A stretch of 64,000 nucleotides of DNA from Chrysomallon squamiferum (taxonomy: Eukaryota; Animalia; Mollusca): assembly GCA_012295275.1 (NCBI GenBank), contig CM022679.1, positions 31,496,001 to 31,560,000 on the forward strand, read 5' to 3'. Below, in pieces: positions 55,014 through 64,000 of this stretch; the stretch's first letter is position 1; each line of letters starts with the position of its first letter. Made by a program: the position numbers and the translations under genes. Under the pieces are notes generated by a model. It did not search any database and was not told the DNA's origin. It was given only the letters and a program-made list of their open reading frames with translations.

Positions 55014-58000
55014 CATTTTCTGTAAGCATTATCAGTATTTTATTTTCCTAAATGTAAAATAATATATATTTAAAAGACAAAATTTTCACTGAATAACATT
55101 GACTCATCTTATTTATAGTGGACTTAAATGTTCTTCTGTTGTTTTTTCGAAACTGAATGTCCTCCAAATCAAGAAAAGTGATAACAATTAATTTTATACT
55201 TTCTTTTTCTTTCCCGAATCAAACTGGTCTGCACTTTGTAATTACAAACACAATGTCTATACATTGGAATGCAATGAAGCATCATATTTGTTAAACAGAT
55301 TGCTAGTGGCGCATTAATAGTGTCTAAAACTAAAACATATCTATATACAATATAAAAATAGTATAGCAGTTAGACTCAATATATCGGTAAATGATATTTC
55401 TCACTTTTTAAAATATAATTTGTAAAATGTTTAACGAGATTATTCTTATTTCCGAGAAAGTAACAATGCCGTTGACGAGATTTTAACGTATGACACCCAT
55501 ATATGCATGTGCATGTGCATGTATGTACGTATGTATGTCTGTATGTCTGTATGTATTTGTGAGATTAACTGCGTAAGGAGCCTATAGAAATAACTGTCTA
55601 ACAAAAAAATGTTTTGGATTAGTTGGATCATATTTATAATGACACGAATTACATACAACATACCTTGTTCCTTCTTGTTAATTACAATATTCGAGTAAAT
55701 GTCACTTTTGTAAATCAGTTTTTACATAGCACTGACTCCTTAATGAACAACATGCATGTATATAATCTATGCACGTTTATTTCTTTCTACATGTGAGTCT
55801 TTAATTGAGTGTATTCACCTGTCCCTTTAATCAATTATATAGCTAACTGTATATCTATGCATCTATGCATCTGTCTATCTGTCTATCTCTCTATATGTCT
55901 GTCTATCCATCTATCTATCTATCTATCTGTCTATCTGCATTTCTATCTAAATATATAATATATGCATAAATGGGTTGAATATGTCTCATAATTAATCTTG
56001 TAACGATTCATAAAACCTTTTTTATTTTAAATTTCTGAATAATAATCATCAAAAATAACAACTCACTAAAACTGATGTTCAATGACGTAAAAATACTGGT
56101 TTCAGTAACACATATAAAGTGATTAGTAAATATGACTCATGTTGAAAGATGTCGGTGGACGAAAACATTCAAATATGGTGCGCGTCAGTTTAACGACAGT
56201 ACAGGAGGCAGGGTAATGACCACCTACTCTCTAAAAACTAACTGAGTGAGAGTCAGACATGGAGATTACAATAAACCAAATATTCTATGATAAAAAAAAT
56301 AAATGTTTATTCTGAATATTCATTTGGTTTTTATGCTCTAGACTGAGAAAATATACGATTTGTTCTTTTTTGTGTGTTTTTTTTAAATTTATTTTTGTAA
56401 TATATACCATTACCACTATTAAAACATTAGATAAGACTAAAAACGCCTCTAATATTTAAAACATGAATATTAATACTGTCACAATTTTAATAACAGTAAA
56501 AATATCTTCTTTATTATGGCACCATAAAAATATGAAATTACCAAACATGACTAATTATTAAATAAGTGAATAAACTTTAATGACTTATGTCCTCAAAAAT
56601 AAAATAAAATAAAATTAACAAGTTCTCTCCATGTTGCAGGTCAGTTGAGGGTCACAACAAATCACAGTCATCATCAGGGCTCATAATGGTCATAAACCAT
56701 ATCAGCATTTTCCCTACACCTGTCAGATTTATAGTTCTGTACATTTCTATTTCTGACATTTACTGAATAATCCCCTTCCCTTGACATGCTGAATTTTCTT
56801 TCTTTATATCATTTCTACCTGTTTTTATTATTATTATTATTATTATTATTAATTTAGAGATCAATGTCAAAAAGTGCACACACATATCTATATACATATC
56901 TATACATACATACATATGACATAGATATGAGAAACATATATGATTACACCTATACAAACATATATACACACAGACACACATGCATATATACACATGTACA
57001 TTCAAATATATATATGTGTTTATATATATATACAGACAGATGTACATACATAGATACATATACATACATACAAACATATATACATACACTTTGTCAAGAA
57101 ATGCACACTCATACACACACATCTATATACATATCTATACATAAATACATACATGCTTACACCAATACAAACATATATATACACAGACACACATACATAT
57201 ACAAACATGTGCATACATATATGTATATCTATGCACACACATGTACATACATAGATACATATACATACATACATACATATATACACTTTTATGTTCTTTT
57301 TTTCTAATAAGCTATAGGTAGTAAGATAGATAACTGTTCATGCATTTACAGTTCAATTATTTTACGTAATCTTCTTAGTAGCTGTTAAAATAGAGGCAGA
57401 CAGACAGAGTGTATGACAGATGTACAGATTAAAATATGTCAGTTTTCTTTTTAAGCTGTAACAATTTTAATATTTTTGACTGATTTATACTTTTCTGTCG
57501 TAGTACAGAATAATATAATATTCAAATCTTTGATACAAAATATTTTACTACATTCGTACATGATTTTAGAAAGCTCGTGTTATCGATATCATAGATATTC
57601 TTCCAGGAAGGTTGTTGAATAACACAACTGTTTTTGATATTTTCACATGATATATATACATTTTATCATTAAAGTATCCCGACATTAAAGAAATTTAAAG
57701 GACAGAAAGACCGTGTGACAGATATAGAGATTAAAATATGTCAGATAACTTTCTAAGCTGTCAGAATTTTAACATTTACTGCCAGATTTGTAATTTTTTG
57801 TCGTTGTAAAGACTAATATAATATTCAAATGTCTGATACAAAATATGTTATTACATTAGTACATGATTATTTTAAAAGGCTCGTGCATTCGATATAGTAC
57901 ACTTTCTTCCTGCTAGTTTGTTCAATAACACTACTGTTTTCGGTAAGATGTTTTCACATTTTATATATATTTTTAATGATCCCGACACTGCTAATAAATT

Positions 58001-58196
58001 TCATGAAACAGTATTTACAATCATTTAATAAGAGAATGTGTTGGATTTGATAAATAATCATCCTATAGTAGATATTTCATATATTATAATAGTCATTATA
58101 TTAATCAGCGTAAAAAGAAAAAAATGTATATTTTAATCACTAAAAAATAAATTTATTTCGCTAAAAATCTGCATGTTTCAGTTGACCTGGTTTGCA

Positions 58197-60539
58197 ATGA
58201 CTGTACTGAAACTGAAAATGTTTCTCGTCTTGCTAATTTTGGGATCAGTGGTGGCCGTGTCAGCTGTGGAATGGGAACCTTACAAACCACCGTAAGATTC
58301 ATTTTAGCTGTCTTCTTATGTGAATCCAAACATAAATTACTTTATTTTGTAAGATTTATTTCTGTTCTTCTTACTTAATAAATATCAGACGAGGTTGGAA
58401 AATTGAAGACGAAGGATTCCAGATTCAGACTATTTAAATGTATCTTTGTATATCCTATACTCGCTGTTATTTACAAGTAAATGTTATAGAGAAAGAACTA
58501 ATTCCATTCATATTTTGTGTAAAACGCTTTATTATATTATTATATGTATTTCTTTTTTGCACATTTTTCAGAACACCGTCAGTGTAATATATCATTACAT
58601 GACATTCACACAATATTTCTGTCCTGTATAAAGAAACATACTGTATCAAGTAAACTAATAGCATACAAATTAAAATTAGGAAAAACAATCTGTGAAATAG
58701 TGTTTCCTTCTAATCCAATAATAAAAAAGAATTAGAATTATTAAGAGTTGAGAATCAGTTTATGTTTCTCCTTCTTTTTCTGTCTTTCTTTGTTTTCTTC
58801 CACAACTACAGCAACTTCGACCCACGTTGTTATTTTACTAAATAGTACTCATATCAGTGTTCACTTTTCAGAAACAGAAGTAGGGCTTATCTGTGTGTAT
58901 CAATTTATCTCCACACAGAAGTGTGTGTGTGAGAGAGAGTGGCAAACAGCAGCAAAAACAACAAAGATAATGATGATGATAATACTAAATTGTACTAATA
59001 TCAGTGTTCACTTTTACAGATTGAAAAAGAGTATTCGTAGGTGAGTACAGCCAAACCACCTACACCACAACTGCAACCGCCAACACAAAAAACAACATAA
59101 TCAACAACAAGAACAACACTAATAATAATAATAATAAAAATAATTGATGATTCCGATGAATATTATATGTGTTGATGAATAGTATGTGGACAGCGATGAA
59201 TGGTAATAGTAAGAAATGTGATAATTATTTCATTATTATGTCTGCTGAAAAATTGATTTTTATTTTTATTTATGTGTTCCCTTGAGAGAATGGTATGTGT
59301 CAATTATCAGTAGGGATCTTAACTGTATTTACAACAGTACCAAACAAATTCTTACATCAAAATTGAAGTAACAAATACACATCTGACCTGTTGTAATTTT
59401 ATGCACTTTAATATAAATATTTTTAAATGAATTTTGAGAAGACTAACCATGAGATGGATCCAAATTTATTTTTAAGTTCCGATACTTATTATTTGATTGA
59501 TAATTGTTGTTTCTCTTCAAAATATTAAACAAACAAACAGACTGGCAAGTCTCATTCTCTTAAATTGTAAGACAATTCAATTCAGAAGAAATATTATATA
59601 TTGGGTCTTAGTTTTGGAAAACGTATCAGAAACCATTAAAAACAAGTCTCTTTGATATATTCGTAAGTTAATAGAGAGCACCCCACCTGGAAAAAGAACT
59701 GAATGGGGATTTCATGCAGTATGAACATAATGGCATTAAAACAGACGACAGTGATAAAAAATAAATTGTTAAAAAGGACCTCATATGACAATGCTGATAA
59801 TGCTGAATTCATTTTCTAACAAATGGACACTCAATCAGTTTATGCTTTTTAAACATTCACACGTCTTTTGCTGTAAATGTATAATGTTTTCAATCCCTGT
59901 CTAAGTGAAGTCCATTATCCTTACTATTGTACTAATTCAGCACTTTTTTCCTTACTTTTATTTTACTATTTCTATCAGGCTTTACATAAAATAATAATAG
60001 TAAAATAAAACGAAAAACGTAGTTTCCATGATTATTTATATTTATAAAACAGGTACAGAGCTGGCTTGTAAGTCTCATTCTCTGAAACTGTAAGACAAAT
60101 TACATCAGCAGAAATATTATACTGGGTTTTAGTTTTCGCAATACGCATAGAAACTATTAAATATAACTGTCACTGAATTGCACCGGTTCGGAATAAAAAC
60201 ATATTTTTTAATGTTGACAGGAGGCAATTTCACCATTTAGAAATACAAGAATTCAGTTTCAGAAGACCGTACAAATGTCCAAGCTTATGATTTAAAAATC
60301 TCAAAAAATAAGTGAAACATTTCACATTACTGTCTAGCACTTTGTAAATTCATACCACAAAGGTGAAGATATAATCACGTTTGTGAACAAACCCACGACA
60401 AAATCATACTCACATTAAATTTCCTAATTTATCCTTCAGACAGTATATATATTTTTTTTACTTTAACAAAAGACAATAATGTATATTACAGTTTAACTAA
60501 TGCGGACTATAAGAAAATACATTATAAGAAAAAAAAATG

Positions 60540-60585
<46 letters not shown>

Positions 60586-61457
60586 TAACAAAAATAATAA
60601 TAATTTAAAAAAATGATATTTAAATTTCTAGAAGATATACTGAATTTAAATTCAAAGCGTTTTTCTCCAAATCTTAAGAATATCATGTGTACAGTTAAAT
60701 AATAATAATAATAATAATAATAAAAATAATAATAATAGTAATAATAATAATAATAATAATAACAACAATAACAACAACAATAATAATAATAATAATAATA
60801 AAAATAATAATAATAGTAATAATAATAATAATAATAACAACAACAATAACAACAACAATAATAATAATGATAATACTCTTACACAGCAGTTCAGATAAAC
60901 TTTGTATTTTAAAGACGATGTCAAAATGAAGAGAAAAGATCGGAACAGTTCGTTATCAATAGGTGTATAGAGGTGATCTGAAGTAAAATAAAACAAAAAT
61001 GTCTCCGAAATAAGAAAAAATGTAATTTGTATTTTCAGGAGAGGCGACCGACCTGTTATCTCTGATTTGCTTCACATCAGAAGTTGTAAGTGTAGTTATT
61101 TTTGTCTAAACTAATACAAGAAAGAAAATGTATATTTTTGTGGATACTTATGTACGTAACTAAGCATATATCACTCAGTGAATGTATGTATGTATGTATG
61201 TATGTATGTATGTATGTATGATTGTATGTATGTATGTAGATGTATGCATAAACGTGTGTATCTATGTATGTAGGTATGTCATACATGTGTGTATGTGCAT
61301 CTGAAGAATGAATGGATATTGATAAAAATAATGTCTGATTTAAATTTCTAATTTCTTTAATTATTGGCGGCAGAGAGCTGATATTATGTATTTATTTACT
61401 GTTTTTCTCGTTTCAGTGTCAGGAAAACAGCGAGAAAGCAAGATGAGCTCACGATAA
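58197..61457 (+). CDS. Micro-exon secreted peptide precursor, copy 2 (71-78 aa)
   Basis: Exons 58197-58291, 58572-58577, [58872-58892], 59020-59040, 59287-59292, 61039-61085, 61417-61457; non-coding exon donor at 57943. Translation MTVLKLKMFLVLLILGSVVAVSA-VEWEPYKPPTP[NRSRAYL]LKKSIRREWRGDRPVISDLLHIRSLSGKQRESKMSSR*. Some micro-exon splice sites are weaker (GTCAGT, GTGTGT, GAG acceptor). Confidence 0.75.
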
Positions 61458-61564
61458 TAAAATATTGTGTGATGAAAACACTTAAGTGTCTATTATGAAT
61501 CTGTTTAACCTATTTCTATCATTCTATTTAGATAAAATGTCATAAAATCATTAACGATTTAACT

Positions 61565-61689
<125 letters not shown>

Positions 61690-63699
61690 GCATTTTCTGT
61701 AAGCATTATCAGTATTTTATTTTCCTAAATGTAAAATAATATATATTTAAAAGACCAAATTTTCACTGAATAACATTGACTCATCTTATTTATAGTGGAC
61801 TTAATTGTTCTTCTGTTCTTTTTTCGAAATTGAATGTCCTCCAAATCAAGAAAAGTGATAACAATTAATTCTATACTTCCTTTTTCTTTCCCGAATCAAA
61901 CTGGTCTGCACTTTGTAATTAAAAACACAATGTCTATACATTGGAATGCAATGAAGCATCACATTTGTTAAACAGATTGCTAGTGGCGCATTAATGCTGT
62001 CTGAAACTAAAACATATCTATACACAATATAAAAATAGTATAGCAGTTAGACTCAATATATCGGTAAATGATATTTCTCACTTTTTAAAATATAATTTTG
62101 TAAAATGTTTAACGAGATTATACTTATTTCCGAGAAAGTAACAATGCCGTTGACGAGATTTTAACGTATATATGTGCATGTATGTATGTATGTATGTATG
62201 TATTTATGTATTTGTGAGATTAACTACGTACTGAGCCTATAGAAAAAACAACTGTCTAACAAAAAAAATGTTTTTTACAAGAAACCAAATATTATATAAA
62301 CCAAAGATAAAAGAAATACAGATTTATTCTGAATATTCATTTGATTTTTATGCTCTATACTGAGAAAATATATGATTTGTTCTTTTTTGTGTTTTATTTT
62401 TTATTTATTTTTGTAATATATACCATTACCACTATTAAAACATTTGATAAGACTAAAAACGCTTCTAATATTTGAAACATGAATATTAATACTGTCACAA
62501 TTTTAATAACAGTAAAAATGTCTTCGTTATTATGGCACCATAAAAATATGAAATTACCAAACATGACTAATTATTAAATAAGTGAATAAACTTTAATGAC
62601 TTATGTCCTCAAAAATAAAATAAAGTAAAATTAACAATTTCTCTACATGTTGCAGGTCAGTTGAGGCTCACAACAAATCACAGTCATCATCAGGGCTCAT
62701 AATGGTCATAAACCATATCAGCATTTTCCCTACACCTGTCAGATTTATAGTTCTGTACATTTCTATTTCTGACATTTACTGAATAATCCCCTTCCCTTGA
62801 CATGCTGAATTTTCTTTCTTTATATCATTTCTACCTGTTTTTATTATTATTATTATTATTAATTTAGAGATCAATGTCAAGAAGTGCACACACATATCTA
62901 TATACATATCTATACATACATACATATGACATAGATATATGAGAAACATATATGATTACACCTATACAAACATATATACACACAGACACACATGCATATA
63001 TACACATGTACATTCAAATATATATATGTGTTTATATATATATACAGACAGATGTACATACATAGATACATATACATACATACAAACATATATACATACA
63101 CTTTGTCAAGAAATGCACACTCATACACACACATCTATATACATATCTATACATAAATACATACATGCTTACACCAATACAAACATATATATATACACAC
63201 ATACATATACAAACATGTGCATACATATATGTATATCTATGCACACACATGTACATACATATATACATATACATACATACATACATATATACACTTTTAT
63301 GTTCTTTTTTTCTAATAAGCTATAGGTAGTAAGATAGATAACTGTTCATGCATTTACAGTTCAATTATTTTACGTAATCTTCTTAGTAGCTGTTAAAATA
63401 GAGGCAGACAGACAGAGTTTGTATGACAGATGTACAGATTAAAATATGTCAGTTTTCTTTTTAAGCTGTAACAATTTTAATATTTTTGACTGATTTATAC
63501 TTTTCTGTCGTAGTACAGAATAATATAATATTCAAATCTTTGATACAAAATATTTTATTACATTCGTACATGATTTTAAAAAGCTCGTGTTATCGATATC
63601 ATAGATATTCTTCCAGGAAGGTTGTTGAATAACACAACTGTTTTTGATATTTTCGCATAATATATATACATTTTATCATTAAAGTATCCCGACATTAAA

Positions 63700-63960
63700 G
63701 AAATTTAAAGGACCGAAAGACCGTGTGACAGATATAGAGATTAAAATATGTCAGTTATCTTTCTCAGCTGTCATAATTTGAACATTTACTGCCAGATTTG
63801 TAATTTTTTGTCGTTGTAAAGACTAATATAATATTCAAATGTCTGATACAAAATATGTTATTACATTAGTACATGATTATTTTAAAAGGCTCGTGCATTC
63901 GATATAGTACACTTTCTTCCTGCTAGTTTGTTGAATAACACTACTGTTTTTCGGTAAGAT
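63700..63960 (+). promoter_or_regulatory. Promoter and non-coding exon 1 of a third micro-exon gene copy (coding part beyond the window)
   Basis: Paralog of 51095-51335 with the TTTAAAAGG TATA-like box and an intact donor CG|GTAAGA at 63954. Confidence 0.6.
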
Positions 63961-64000
63961 GTTTTCAATTTTATATATATTTTTTTCCATAAATTTCATG

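Overview
AT-rich, intron- and microsatellite-rich metazoan DNA, probably molluscan (inferred from the style of the repeats, not tested). The ORF track is mostly noise; the genes below were assembled by hand from splice signals. Left part: the 5' end of CEP131 (minus strand, runs off the window) lies head-to-head with a complete 19-exon CNOT3 (about 747 aa), which has a probable multi-kb 3' UTR containing a strong hairpin. Next come a 5-exon gene for an unnamed PH-domain adaptor with many tyrosine motifs (335 aa), and a ~240-bp satellite with a hairpin in each unit. Right part, the main result: a cluster of small secreted-peptide genes built from micro-exons and invisible in the ORF track. It holds one Cys-rich gene (47.5-49.9 kb), two orphan terminal exons of related genes, and a tandem 6.6/6.0-kb duplication. 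Each duplicated unit carries a gene with a signal peptide and symmetric phase-2 micro-exons of 6, 15/21, 21 and 6 nt. The copies have near-identical introns, but their mature-peptide exons are dense in amino-acid changes, which suggests diversifying selection. A third copy begins at the window end.
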